Below, one piece after another: positions 36,984 to 46,734 of a stretch of DNA of 64,000 nucleotides. Location: contig CAZEID010000006.1 in assembly GCA_964512075.1 (NCBI GenBank), positions 1,024-65,023 on the forward strand, given 5' to 3'. The stretch comes from an uncultured Candidatus Saccharibacteria bacterium (lineage in GTDB: Bacteria > Patescibacteriota > WWE3 > 9FT-COMBO-53-11). Position 1 is the first letter of the stretch; the number at the start of each line of letters is the position of its first letter. Both the position numbers and the translations under genes were made by a program. The notes under the pieces were generated by a model that saw only the letters and a list, made by a program, of their open reading frames with translations, did no database searches and was not told where the DNA came from.

Positions 36984-37991
36984 TTATTTACTCTTTAAAG
37001 ACTTCGCCTTCTTGGCCGCCTCCACCACGTTCTTGGCAACCAAGCCGAACTCCACCATCAGCTCCTCCGGCTTACCGGATTCTCCGAAACGGTCCCTTAC
37101 CCCCACTTTAACTACGGGAACCGGATAGTTTTCACTTAGGAACTCCGCGATGGCTCCCCCCAATCCTCCTGCCACTTGGTGCTCCTCCGCCGTCACAATT
37201 GCTCCCGCCTTTTTCGCGGCGGCCAAAACCATCTTCTCATCCAGCGGCTTAACCGACGGACTATTGTAAACCTCGACTCCCCAACCCGCCTTTTCGAGCT
37301 CCGCCGCCGCCAAAATCGATTCGTAAACTAAGGGACCGCAAGCAAAAATGGCAACATCCCGTTTCTCCTTGGCCGAATTCCAAAACAGCGGGGCTTGACC
37401 AATTGCAAAAGGTGTCTCCTCCGTCGTAAAAACGGGCGTTTTCTCGCGAGCGAAGCGCATGTAACATGGACCGTAAACCCTGGCGATCTCCATCACGATC
37501 TTTTTCGCCTCCCAAACATCGCAAGGGGCAAAAACCTTCATGTTGGGAATCACTCGCATAATTGTCATGTCTTCCAGTGCCTGGTGAGTCGCCCCATCCG
37601 GCCCCACCGATACTCCCGCGTGGGCTCCCATAATCTTGACATTGGTGTTCTGCAAAGCCGCGGTAGTTCGAATCTGTTCATTGTTTCGACCCGGGGAAAA
37701 AGCAGCGTAAGAGGCGATGAAAGGAACCTTTCCAGCCAAGGCCATTCCAGCTGCCAAGGCAGCCATGCTCTGCTCGGCAATTCCCGTCTCAATAAACCGC
37801 TCGGGGAAAGCTTTCCGAAACATCTCCGCCTGCGTAGAGACCGAAAGATCCGCGCAAAGGACGACTACGTTGGGATCGCTCTTCCCCGCCTCCACTACTC
37901 CCAAGCCAAAGCCATCCCGGGTAGGCCGTTGCTCCAGCTTGGCCTTGTCTAGAATGCTCGAAACCAATTTTGCCGAACTCGCAATAGGCAT
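36984..37991 (-). CDS. transketolase, C-terminal (pyrimidine-binding/transketolase-C) subunit
   Basis: Split-transketolase architecture. Pyr-binding domain plus C-terminal domain. Confidence 0.8.
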   Translation of the reverse strand: MPIASSAKLVSSILDKAKLEQRPTRDGFGLGVVEAGKSDPNVVVLCADLSVSTQAEMFRKAFPERFIETGIAEQSMAALAAGMALAGKVPFIASYAAFSPGRNNEQIRTTAALQNTNVKIMGAHAGVSVGPDGATHQALEDMTIMRVIPNMKVFAPCDVWEAKKIVMEIARVYGPCYMRFAREKTPVFTTEETPFAIGQAPLFWNSAKEKRDVAIFACGPLVYESILAAAELEKAGWGVEVYNSPSVKPLDEKMVLAAAKKAGAIVTAEEHQVAGGLGGAIAEFLSENYPVPVVKVGVRDRFGESGKPEELMVEFGLVAKNVVEAAKKAKSLKSK

Positions 37992-38051
37992 CGGATAGAC
38001 TACTTGCCGACAGCAGGACCGGACGCTGTCCGCCGTTTACCGTGGATAAAG

Positions 38052-38918
38052 CTACTCATAGTCATTTCTAATCTTCCCCCCCAATGTTCGAATGTCATAA
38101 AGGGCTTTTTTAGCCTCTTCGGGATTGGGGGGTTTCCCGTGCCACTCAAACTTGCGCTCCATAAATCCCACTCCCTTGCCGGGGATCGTGCAGGCAATGA
38201 TCACTGTAGGCTTGCTAAAAACCGCTTTAGCGTGGTTGACCGCGTCAATCAGCTCTTCAATGTTGTGGCCATCGATGTCAATCACATTCCAACCAAAGGA
38301 CCGGTACTTATCCGCTAATGGTTCTAAAGGCATCACATCCTCGGTAAACCCGTCGATTTGGATTTGGTTACGATCAACAATGCCGATTAGATTCCCTAAC
38401 TTGTTTTTGCCGGCGAACATCGCCGCTTCCCAAATAATTCCGCAATTTTGCTCCCCATCCCCCATCAGGCAATAGGTCCACCAATTTTTCCCGTCCATTT
38501 TCGCCGCCAGCGCCATTCCCACCGCTTGGGGAAGCCCGTCGCCGAGAGGACCGGAAGTGGTTTCCAATCCCGGTAGGCGCTCCCGCTCGGGATGCCCCTG
38601 CAAGCGGGAACCAAACTGCCGCAGAGTCCAAAGCTCTTCGTGAGGAAAATATCCGGCGTGGGCCATCACTACGTAGCGGGCCGGACAGTAGTGGCCGCAG
38701 GAAAGGATAAACCGATCCCGCTCCGGCCAGTCGGGCTCCTTCGGCCGGTGGTTGAGGATCCGGAAGTAAAAAGCGGTCCAAAGCTCCATCGTACCTAAAG
38801 GTGCTGCCGAATGGCCGCTCCCCGCCTTGACGAGCATCTTAATCAGGTCCGTCCGCATCTCATTCGCCATCTTATAGAGCTCGTCGATGGTGTAGTGTTT
38901 TTTCCTAGGAAAGATCAT
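38052..38918 (-). CDS. transketolase, N-terminal (TPP-binding) subunit
   Basis: SGHSAAPLG... and GDG...N TPP-binding motifs. 288 aa. Confidence 0.8.
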   Translation of the reverse strand: MIFPRKKHYTIDELYKMANEMRTDLIKMLVKAGSGHSAAPLGTMELWTAFYFRILNHRPKEPDWPERDRFILSCGHYCPARYVVMAHAGYFPHEELWTLRQFGSRLQGHPERERLPGLETTSGPLGDGLPQAVGMALAAKMDGKNWWTYCLMGDGEQNCGIIWEAAMFAGKNKLGNLIGIVDRNQIQIDGFTEDVMPLEPLADKYRSFGWNVIDIDGHNIEELIDAVNHAKAVFSKPTVIIACTIPGKGVGFMERKFEWHGKPPNPEEAKKALYDIRTLGGKIRNDYE

Positions 38919-38920
38919 TT

Positions 38921-39496
38921 TTAATAAACGGCCTGCTCGCCGATCTCCCCATCCAGCTTCCGCAGCTGCTCCAGCACCCCCTCGGGAGTGTTGGCAATCC
39001 GGTAAACCCTTAACTCCTCCCCTCTAATATACATATTTCTTTCGAAGGCTGCCAGCAGATCCCGCCAAAAATCACCGAAAAGGATGAAGGGCTTGTGATG
39101 GCCAAAATACAGCCGGGCCAGACCCCAAGCCATTCCAAACTCCGAAAGCGTTCCGGTCCCACCCTTGAAAGTGACATAAGCGTCTCCCATATCCAACAGC
39201 TTCAGCGTCCGTTCCAAGTAGTGCTGGGTGATGATCTCCTCATCCACCTCATTAGTCTTATCCCGCCCCTCAAAGAGTGGGGCGTTCTTGGGATAAAAGC
39301 TAACCCCGATTACTCGGCCGCCGCCGGCGTGGGCGCCCAAAGTTGCGGCTTTCATCACTCCCGGCCCCCCGCCGTTGACAATCGTGTAACCATTCTCCGC
39401 CAAAAGCTTGGCAGTGGCGAACGCATCTTTCCAAACTTGGTCCTCCTCCTTGGCATCCGCGAAGCCGAAGATAGTAATTCTCTTAAACTTGGCCAT
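38921..39496 (-). CDS. LOG-family protein (TIGR00730; putative cytokinin riboside 5'-monophosphate phosphoribohydrolase / lysine-decarboxylase-like)
   Basis: GGGPGVM and PGGTGTLSEF motifs. Confidence 0.75.
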   Translation of the reverse strand: MAKFKRITIFGFADAKEEDQVWKDAFATAKLLAENGYTIVNGGGPGVMKAATLGAHAGGGRVIGVSFYPKNAPLFEGRDKTNEVDEEIITQHYLERTLKLLDMGDAYVTFKGGTGTLSEFGMAWGLARLYFGHHKPFILFGDFWRDLLAAFERNMYIRGEELRVYRIANTPEGVLEQLRKLDGEIGEQAVY

Positions 39497-39521
39497 AATT
39501 CAGTTGCTAAAAATTGTAACG

Positions 39522-40208
39522 CTAAAGTCCCTCGGCCGCATTTTGCTTTCCACCTTTCGCTCTCCGTAAGGATTCAATCGCCTCAACCGGATCCTCGGCA
39601 CCGTAGATCGCCGATCCAGCCACCAAGATTCCCGCCCCTGCCGCCACCATCGCCGGGGCGGTTTTCGAATTAACGCCAATATCAACCGAGATTGGTAGTT
39701 TGGGAAATTTGGCCCGCACCACCTTAACCGTTTCCAAAACTCGGGGATTAAACTCTTGTCCTCCAAAACCGCTCTTCCCCCCCATCGCCTGGAAACGGTC
39801 CACTTGGTTTAGGAGAAACTCATACTTAGCCAAAGGAGTGGTTGGCTCCACCGCCAGCCCTACCGCCAGCCCCGCCGCGTGGGTTTGAGCAAAAATTGCC
39901 TTCCAATCTGAAGCGGATTCAAAGTGAAAAATCAGCTGGTCCACCCCCGGGTGGTTCAGCCGACTAATCCAATTCGCGGGATCGGCAACCATCAAATCGG
40001 CTTCAATTTTAGGAGGGGGATTAAAACCTAAGGTATCAATCTCGTCCAAGATGGAGGGATCGGAAAATGTAACATTGTCGACAAAGATCCCGTCCATAAT
40101 GTCCCATTGAACCCGAGCCACATGGGGCGCAACTAACTCGAATCGCCGCAGAAACTCTTTCGAATCTTGAACCAAGAGTGCCGGAACAATTTCGGGCATT
40201 GCTCCCAT
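39522..40208 (-). CDS. rpe: ribulose-phosphate 3-epimerase
   Basis: TIM-barrel metal-site motifs (WDIMDG ... VD ... H). Confidence 0.85.
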   Translation of the reverse strand: MGAMPEIVPALLVQDSKEFLRRFELVAPHVARVQWDIMDGIFVDNVTFSDPSILDEIDTLGFNPPPKIEADLMVADPANWISRLNHPGVDQLIFHFESASDWKAIFAQTHAAGLAVGLAVEPTTPLAKYEFLLNQVDRFQAMGGKSGFGGQEFNPRVLETVKVVRAKFPKLPISVDIGVNSKTAPAMVAAGAGILVAGSAIYGAEDPVEAIESLRRAKGGKQNAAEGL

Positions 40209-40283
40209 TTTACCAACGTTAACAGAGCTAAAGGAACGGCCGGTGGTAGAATCAAATCAACCTATTCAGAAAGGAGGAGAATT

Positions 40284-40559
40284 ATGGGGGCGAACAAGGC
40301 AATGATGTCGGCCTGGCGCCACCACCGCAGAAGTGTTATCACCCTAGAAGAGGCCGTCATCTTTAAGTACTTTGGGCACCGTAAACTCTGCCGGAAATGC
40401 GGCGAGGAGTTCCTGCGGCGGAAAGCCGAGGAAGCACGAGGAAAAAGTGAACCTGTGGAAAGCCGTCCGGAGATGGCTGAGACTCCCCGAGAAGCCGCCG
40501 CCGAAAAGGCCGCGGCGCCCGAAGTATATGTGGAAGATCTTGAATATGATCCTTCCTGA
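40284..40559 (+). CDS. hypothetical small protein (91 aa)
   Basis: Strong RBS AAAGGAGGAGAATT before the ATG. A terminator lies downstream. Confidence 0.45.
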   Translation: MGANKAMMSAWRHHRRSVITLEEAVIFKYFGHRKLCRKCGEEFLRRKAEEARGKSEPVESRPEMAETPREAAAEKAAAPEVYVEDLEYDPS

Positions 40560-40660
40560 GGATCCCCCGCGGAAACGATGGCGAAATGATGATCCGTACA
40601 ACCAGATCGCCAACAAACGGTGGGCAAAGTCTTTCCCCCGGAGTAGCAGTCTGTCAACCA

Positions 40661-40685
40661 GCGAGGATTAAACCCCTCGCTTTTT
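40661..40685 (+). terminator. rho-independent terminator
   Basis: GCGAGG-ATTAAACC-CCTCGC-TTTTT. Confidence 0.5.
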
Positions 40686-40809
40686 GTGAAGCAAAACTAA
40701 CCCCGCATTCGGAGGTATTCTGGTGCGGGGCGTATTTTTGATCCCCAGAGTAATCTAGGAAGTCAGGCTGAAGCCAAGTTATCAGACACTGCGGAAGCCA
40801 AAATTACGG

Positions 40810-40829
40810 TTTTACAGAAAACTGTAAAA
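40810..40829. promoter_or_regulatory. 20-bp palindrome TTTTACAG-AAAA-CTGTAAAA (copy 3), followed by an extra half-site CTGTAAC
   Basis: Read directly. About 17.5 kb from the TrpR/YerC-like gene, between a small ORF and rpiB. Confidence 0.5.
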
Positions 40830-40911
40830 CTGTAACTTCCACTGTCGAAATTTGAAATGAAATTAGGGAGGGCAACCCAAAAGAAGTGGAAGGAAGGAGC
40901 AGAAGGAAAAG

Positions 40912-41367
40912 TTAGAGCTGAACTTCCAGATCGGCGATCTTTTGGAGGCGGCGGAGATGGCGCTCCTCGGAGGGGCCGGGGGTTTCGAGCCAGAGTTTAA
41001 TAATCCTTTGGGCCTGCTCTTCCCGGAGATGATCGGCGGGAAGGGAAAGGACGTTGGCCCCGTCGTGCTGGCGGGACTGTCGCACCAACCCCTCGTCATC
41101 AACCCAGATCACCGCCGAACGCACCCCCCGAAACTTATTGGCGACAATATCTACCCCCACCGCCGAACCGCAAAGCAGAATTCCCCGATTCTCGGCCGGA
41201 TTTTCTGCCACCCGCCGGGCCACCTGGGCCGCAAAATCGGGGTAATCATCGGTCGGGTCGTAAACAGCGTTGCCTAGATCCTCGCAGGGCTTCCCCCACT
41301 CCTCCAGCCACTGCTTAATCTTTTCCTTGAGCTCGAAACCCCGATGGTCGGTTCCCAAATAGATCAT
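40912..41367 (-). CDS. rpiB: ribose-5-phosphate isomerase B
   Basis: N-terminus MIYLGTDHRGFELK, RpiB/LacAB fold. Confidence 0.8.
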   Translation of the reverse strand: MIYLGTDHRGFELKEKIKQWLEEWGKPCEDLGNAVYDPTDDYPDFAAQVARRVAENPAENRGILLCGSAVGVDIVANKFRGVRSAVIWVDDEGLVRQSRQHDGANVLSLPADHLREEQAQRIIKLWLETPGPSEERHLRRLQKIADLEVQL

Positions 41368-41401
41368 CTTTCTTCCAGCTTAGCAAAGAACGGGCAATAA
41401 A

Positions 41402-42046
41402 CTACCTGAACGTAAACCCGTGCTCCCCAACCAGCGGGACGAAACGAAAGCCGGGATAGACCTTTTTTTCCAAGCCTGCGGGAGTTTTGACGGCTCTCAC
41501 CATCTCCTGCACCCCCACCCCCAGCGGAATCACTAACCGCCCGCCCACCTTCAATTGCTCAATCAACGGCGGGGGAATCTGAGGGGCCGCCGCGGTAACG
41601 ATAATCCCGTCAAACGGCGCTCTCTCGGGTAAACCCCGGCTTCCATCCCCGATAATCACCTCCACATTTTCATAACCCAGTCGCCTAAGCACCTCTTCCG
41701 CCTTACTGCCTAGCTCTTTGAACCGCTCAACCGTATAGACCTTTCGGACCAGCCGCGAGAGGATTGCGGCTTGGTAACCGGACCCCGTCCCCACTTCAAG
41801 AACCGTGTCCGCGGGTTGGGGATCCAGCAGTTGGGTCATGAAAGCGACGGTGTAAGGCTGGGAGATAGTTTGGCCACTCCCGATCCCAATCGGCGTATCA
41901 TCATAAGCTAGTTCACGGAAACTAGGTGGAACAAACTCTTCGCGAGGAACGGTGCGAAAGGCAGCCAGAACCCTACTATCAGAAATCCCCCGCGCGGCGA
42001 GGTGCTCCCGGAGCATAATTTCTTTTGCTCTTACCAAATCGGTCAT
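41402..42046 (-). CDS. pcm: protein-L-isoaspartate O-methyltransferase
   Basis: SAM-binding VLEVGTGSGYQAA motif. Confidence 0.8.
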   Translation of the reverse strand: MTDLVRAKEIMLREHLAARGISDSRVLAAFRTVPREEFVPPSFRELAYDDTPIGIGSGQTISQPYTVAFMTQLLDPQPADTVLEVGTGSGYQAAILSRLVRKVYTVERFKELGSKAEEVLRRLGYENVEVIIGDGSRGLPERAPFDGIIVTAAAPQIPPPLIEQLKVGGRLVIPLGVGVQEMVRAVKTPAGLEKKVYPGFRFVPLVGEHGFTFR

Positions 42047-42146
42047 CTTGAAGGGAGGAATTCAGAAAAGAAAGCGTCCCTTACCAACCCTCCCACCTCA
42101 ACCATTAAGCGGCGTACTTCTAACTCCCTTCGGAATTCCGCTCAAG

Positions 42147-42494
42147 TTAGACTTTAAGCTTTCCCAGCTGCTTGGCGGCAAATTCTCCCACCACGGGAAG
42201 CTTGTACTCCACCCCCTGGTAGGCTTGGTACATCAGGTAAAGCCAAACAATCAAAAGCCCGATTCCTAGCGGAATGGAGATAATAAACCAAAGCACATTG
42301 ATCACTGGAATGTAACCCAGTATCCAACTCAAAACGAAAGCTCCACCAAAAAGGATCGTGGACTGCATCGCATGAAAGCGCACAAACCGGTTCTCTTTTT
42401 CAATCAGAAGAAAAAGAATTCCCGTGATAAACCCTAGAAAGTAAGTTAGCGCCCCCGCGACATTTTGAGGTAAACTGCTGCTGCTCTTTTCCAA
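42147..42494 (-). CDS. DUF4870-family small membrane protein
   Basis: FHAMQS motif, 3 TM. TTG start preceded by GGGGGTGAGG chosen to avoid a 74-nt overlap with the ligase gene. Confidence 0.5.
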   Translation of the reverse strand: MEKSSSSLPQNVAGALTYFLGFITGILFLLIEKENRFVRFHAMQSTILFGGAFVLSWILGYIPVINVLWFIISIPLGIGLLIVWLYLMYQAYQGVEYKLPVVGEFAAKQLGKLKV

Positions 42495-42531
42495 AGTCCT
42501 CACCCCCGATCTTAATTTCAGTCTAGCAACT

Positions 42532-44319
42532 TTAGGGCTTCCGTTGCTGTTCGAAAAGCCGCCGAATCTCTGCCACCGTAGTGGCCTGCTCCGGGGTCTT
42601 GTCATCCCGAAAAGCCATCAAGCGGGGGAAGCGCAGGGCTAGCCCCCCCGCAGTGTGTAATGGTGATCGGGTGATCTCGTCCGCCCGAATCGCCACCACG
42701 ATCTGGGGCTCTGCCCAAACATCGGGAGTGTGCTCCTTGGCTACCGCGACATTCTTAGGCTTGGTCCCAACCTTTAGGGCATCCACTCGGCGCTTCAGCT
42801 CCCGCCACTCCTCATCCGTCAACCCCGAGCCGACCCGGGAAATCGTCTTGAAAGTATCGGTCTGATCATCGTAAAGCCCCACCAAAAAACCCCCAATTCC
42901 GAACTGGGTCCGCTTGCCGCGTCCCCGGTAGTAGCCAAGAATTACCCCGTCAATCGTATCTTCCAACTGGCCTCTCTCTACCCGCTTAAGCTTAACCCAG
43001 TTGAAGTTCCGCACTCCGGCTTGGTAAACCCCGTCCAAGCGCTTGGCCATAATCCCCTCTAACCCATGCTCCACCTGTTCCAGAAAGAACTTCTCTAATT
43101 CCCCGGCATCAGTGAAAACTCTTTCCTCCGCAACCAAAATCGTATCGGGCTCCCGCACCAGCTTCTCCAGCGCCCGGCGGCGAGCTTCGTAAGGTTCACG
43201 CGTTAAGTCCCGACCGTTTAGGTAAAGCAGATCGAAGGCAAAGACCTTCAGCGGCAGATCCGTCAACTTCTCCCTAATCCCGTATTTCCGCTTGCGCTTA
43301 GCAGTTTCCTGAAATGGTTCAAACTCTTCGGTCTCGGGGTTATAGGCGATTGCTTCCCCCTCAAAGATTGCCGATTCGGCGGACAGCTGTTGGGTCGCCC
43401 CTACGATCTCGGGGAACATTGAAGTGGTATCCTCCAAATTGCGGGAAAAAATCTTCACCCAAGGACCGGAGATTTTTTCACCCCCAATTAGGTCGAGCTG
43501 CTCATAATCCTCCTCCTTAAACCGGCGGGACTTATCCAGGTGGACCTGAACCCGAAAACCGTCATACTTCGGCTCGGCCGCTAATTTCCCGCCCATTTTC
43601 TCCAGAATCTCAACCGGAGTCGGCAGGCGCTCGGCTGAGGCCATTCGTACCGGCACCCCCACCTCCACCTGAATCCCTTGCAGCCCCCGCACCCCTTTCG
43701 TTCTCACCAGCCGGGCGATCCGACCAATATCGGCGGAAATGTTGTAGGCCCGTTCCAACACCGGACGGAGGGACTTGTCCCCGGCTTCCACCACCGAAAG
43801 AGCGTCGAGAATCGTCTTATCCGAAAACCCCAAGCGCAAGCGTGCCACAGGGATTCGAGCGACATATTTTGCAGAGAGCGAATCCAGGGATCGGAAGAGC
43901 TCGGCCATTCCCCGAACTTTCCGCTCCTGCGAACCCGGGCCGGAGGTCTCGGCGATCTCCCGAAGCTTCCTGTAAACCTCCGAGGTTGAAGGAGAAACCT
44001 CGGAGGTTTTGGCTCTGCTTTTTGCCAGCTCCTCCGCTGCATCTCCCAGATCCCCCTTTTCCTGGACGATTTTCTCGACTTCTGCGCTCGGAGCCCCGTA
44101 GGCCTCCGCCATCACCCGAATTAGCGTTTTGCTGGCAAGATTGAACTCAACACCTTCGTAAAGCGGAGCCAACTGGCCCAGGACGAGGTAGCAGATCTTA
44201 TCGATTTCCTCCGGAGAAGACTCTTTCAGGAGCTCCGCGAGAACGGCGGTAATCTCCAACCGCTTGGAAGTAGCTTCAATCCGCGAAAAGTACTGCGCCA
44301 GCTTAGAAAAAAGCATCAC
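42532..44319 (-). CDS. ATP-dependent DNA ligase
   Basis: Motif I KYDGFRVQVH with downstream adenylation/OB motifs. 595 aa. Confidence 0.8.
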   Translation of the reverse strand: MMLFSKLAQYFSRIEATSKRLEITAVLAELLKESSPEEIDKICYLVLGQLAPLYEGVEFNLASKTLIRVMAEAYGAPSAEVEKIVQEKGDLGDAAEELAKSRAKTSEVSPSTSEVYRKLREIAETSGPGSQERKVRGMAELFRSLDSLSAKYVARIPVARLRLGFSDKTILDALSVVEAGDKSLRPVLERAYNISADIGRIARLVRTKGVRGLQGIQVEVGVPVRMASAERLPTPVEILEKMGGKLAAEPKYDGFRVQVHLDKSRRFKEEDYEQLDLIGGEKISGPWVKIFSRNLEDTTSMFPEIVGATQQLSAESAIFEGEAIAYNPETEEFEPFQETAKRKRKYGIREKLTDLPLKVFAFDLLYLNGRDLTREPYEARRRALEKLVREPDTILVAEERVFTDAGELEKFFLEQVEHGLEGIMAKRLDGVYQAGVRNFNWVKLKRVERGQLEDTIDGVILGYYRGRGKRTQFGIGGFLVGLYDDQTDTFKTISRVGSGLTDEEWRELKRRVDALKVGTKPKNVAVAKEHTPDVWAEPQIVVAIRADEITRSPLHTAGGLALRFPRLMAFRDDKTPEQATTVAEIRRLFEQQRKP

Positions 44320-44356
44320 CTCTATGTTAACTTAAATCAAACGGAAAGGAGGAGGG

Positions 44357-44782
44357 ATGTTCAAGCGGCTCCTATCCGATTGCGAGGTAGAGAGACGCTA
44401 CCTTCGGGCCGGCCGAATTTCCGGCGCGGTCGTAAGCCTCATTTATCTGGGGGAACCCGTCGGTTTTGAGGAAATGCTCCGCGAATGGGAGAAATGGGAA
44501 GCGGAATATGCCCGCCGAGGGTACCGCACCATTTCGCTGGACGGGTTTATTGAAGCCGGCGGATACGGGAGACCACTTCTCAATATCGGCATCAAACGTG
44601 ACCAAGCCGAAGAACCGATCCTTCACGACCGAATCTATCGCGAGGATTACCTCCACAAAATTCGGCCAGTGATTAATCCCTTCGCCGGAGAGATCCAGAC
44701 GGGAACCTACGCCCAACCCTCCACTGAAGGGAAGAAGAACCGGAAAACGGCGAAGAGAAAGCCCAAAGCTCGGAAGCATTAG
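44357..44782 (+). CDS. hypothetical protein (141 aa) with a basic C-terminal tail
   Basis: RBS AAAGGAGGAGGG before the ATG. A terminator follows. Confidence 0.45.
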   Translation: MFKRLLSDCEVERRYLRAGRISGAVVSLIYLGEPVGFEEMLREWEKWEAEYARRGYRTISLDGFIEAGGYGRPLLNIGIKRDQAEEPILHDRIYREDYLHKIRPVINPFAGEIQTGTYAQPSTEGKKNRKTAKRKPKARKH

Positions 44783-44796
44783 CTCCGAGCTTTTTT
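44767..44796 (+). terminator. rho-independent terminator
   Basis: AGCTCGGA-9 nt loop-TCCGAGCT followed by TTTTTT. Confidence 0.55.
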
Positions 44797-44869
44797 ACTA
44801 CAACACTCTCCATGAGCACCTTACCACTGTAACAGCCAAAACTAACCCCATCCCTCTTGATGCTTAACC

Positions 44870-45901
44870 TCACAATTCGATGATCTGAAGGCCGCTTTGA
44901 AGTTCCGGAGGAATATGGTGTAAGTCGGTCGTGGTAATGATCGTTTGCCCCTCGCCGATCAGGTCGAAAACCTTCGCCCGATTCTCCTCATCCAGTTCCG
45001 AAAAGATGTCGTCCAAAAGCAGGACTGGGCGGGAGCCGATTCGCTGTTGAACATACGCCAGCTCGGCCGCTTTGAGCGCCAAAACCGCCCGGCGCTGCTC
45101 TCCCCGGGAACCGTAAGCAACTAAATCTCTCCCGTCCTGCTGGAAGACAAAATCGTCCCGGTGGGGACCAATCAAGGAAGTCTCGGCAACAATCTCCCGC
45201 GGCCGGTATTCCCGCAGGCGTTCGGCAGTCAGACCGGAAGGTAAGTAAACGAGGAGCAAACGGCTTGGAGCAAGCCGCGAGTTGATTTCATCGAAAAACT
45301 CTTTGCGCCGATCTTGAATCGCTACCCCGTACTCCAACAGTTTGGCATCCCAAAACTCCAATCCCCAACCTTCGAGGTTATCGGGATGGAATTGGGGATT
45401 TTTGTTTATTTCGCTTAGCAGACGGTTGCGGCGGCGGCGAACTTTATCGTACTCCGCCGAGATCCGGGCATAGACCGGTTCGACGCTCCCCAGCGCAAAG
45501 TCCAAAAACCGCCGCCGAAGATCGGGACTGCCAATCACCAGGTTTAAATCTTCGGGAGAGAAAAGCACGACGTGAAAATGTTGGGAGAAATCGGAAAGAC
45601 GCCGACCAACCCCGTTAACCCGAAACTTTTTTCCCGTTTCCGTCACGATCACTTCTAGGTCCCGCGGATCGCTGCCGTAAGCAGTCGCTCGAACAAAAGC
45701 CAACTTCTCCCCTTCCCGCAGCATTTCCCGATCTAGTTGCGCTCGGGGAGAACGACCAAAAGCCAGCAGAAAGATGGCCTCTAGAAGATTGCTTTTGCCA
45801 GCGGTATTCGGCCCCACCACCGCAGTGATGCCGGGAGAGAAACCGAAACTCTTCTTGGCGTAGCTCCGAAAATTCTCCAGAGATATCGTCTTTATCTGCA
45901 T
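44870..45901 (-). CDS. recF: DNA replication and repair protein RecF
   Basis: Walker A GPNTAGKSNLLEAI, SMC-like signature, Walker B. Confidence 0.85.
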   Translation of the reverse strand: MQIKTISLENFRSYAKKSFGFSPGITAVVGPNTAGKSNLLEAIFLLAFGRSPRAQLDREMLREGEKLAFVRATAYGSDPRDLEVIVTETGKKFRVNGVGRRLSDFSQHFHVVLFSPEDLNLVIGSPDLRRRFLDFALGSVEPVYARISAEYDKVRRRRNRLLSEINKNPQFHPDNLEGWGLEFWDAKLLEYGVAIQDRRKEFFDEINSRLAPSRLLLVYLPSGLTAERLREYRPREIVAETSLIGPHRDDFVFQQDGRDLVAYGSRGEQRRAVLALKAAELAYVQQRIGSRPVLLLDDIFSELDEENRAKVFDLIGEGQTIITTTDLHHIPPELQSGLQIIEL

Positions 45902-45909
45902 AAACTAGA

Positions 45910-46734
45910 CTATAGCTTCTGCTCCTTTGGACAGATAAAAGTCCCGCGTTGGCCCACTCTTAAATAGGCGATTGGGGCGCCACAGCGCGGACAGGGCTTT
46001 CCCGCCCGTTGGTAAACCCGTACTACCCTTTCGTAGTTTCCGCGCTCCCCATAGAGGTTGCGGTATTTCTCATCAGCAATCGTTGCTCCCCCCAACCGCA
46101 ACCCATCCTTCAACACCTTTAAGATAGCCTGGTACAGCTCTTGGACTTGCGGACTGGAAAGGGAAGAGGCTCTCGCCTTCGGGTGGATTTTCGCCAACCA
46201 AAGCGCCTCATTAGCGTAAATGTTACCTACCCCCGAGATCACTCTCTGATCAAGCAGGAGTTCCTTAATCCTCCGGCTCGAACCAGAAAGACTCGCTTTG
46301 AACTTCTCCAGAGTTAGATCGGTAAAAGGCTCGGGACCATAACCGGCAACAATCTCCTTAAGCTTGGCATCCGACGCCACCAAACTAACGTAGCCGAATT
46401 TGCGCTGGTCATTAAAACGTAGCTCTCTTCCGTCGGAGAGCTCGAGAATCACATGCAGAAACGGGTCCCGGGGATCGTTTGGCTTGCAGAGAAATAACTG
46501 CCCAGAGAGCCGAAGGTGGAGAACAATATTCTCCGTCCCCGCTAAGCGAATAATCAAAAGTTTCCCTCGGCGCTCCACTGCGACAATCCTCTGCCCCTTG
46601 ATTTGCTTCAGGAACTCGGTTGGGGAGGGCTGAACCATCTTCGGTGTATCCGTCCAAATATCCTGAATCGAGAGGCCGACAACTTCCTTTTGGAGCTGTT
46701 TTCTAATTGTTTCGACTTCCGGTAATTCAGGCAT
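45910..46734 (-). CDS. mutM: formamidopyrimidine-DNA glycosylase
   Basis: N-terminal MPELPEVE. C-terminal zinc finger CPRCG...C. Confidence 0.85.
   Translation of the reverse strand: MPELPEVETIRKQLQKEVVGLSIQDIWTDTPKMVQPSPTEFLKQIKGQRIVAVERRGKLLIIRLAGTENIVLHLRLSGQLFLCKPNDPRDPFLHVILELSDGRELRFNDQRKFGYVSLVASDAKLKEIVAGYGPEPFTDLTLEKFKASLSGSSRRIKELLLDQRVISGVGNIYANEALWLAKIHPKARASSLSSPQVQELYQAILKVLKDGLRLGGATIADEKYRNLYGERGNYERVVRVYQRAGKPCPRCGAPIAYLRVGQRGTFICPKEQKL

Noticed and set aside
36338-41277. Antisense ORFs inside fba (36338..36706), the transketolase genes (37395..37952, 38374..38781), rpe (39095..39673) and rpiB (40942..41277)
   Set aside because: They oppose genes with unambiguous enzyme motifs and lack RBSs. 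Spurious.
42532-42605. 74-nt overlap between the DUF4870 ORF and the DNA ligase gene
   Set aside because: Resolved by using an internal TTG start with a GGGGGTGAGG RBS for the DUF4870 gene. It is not a true overlap.
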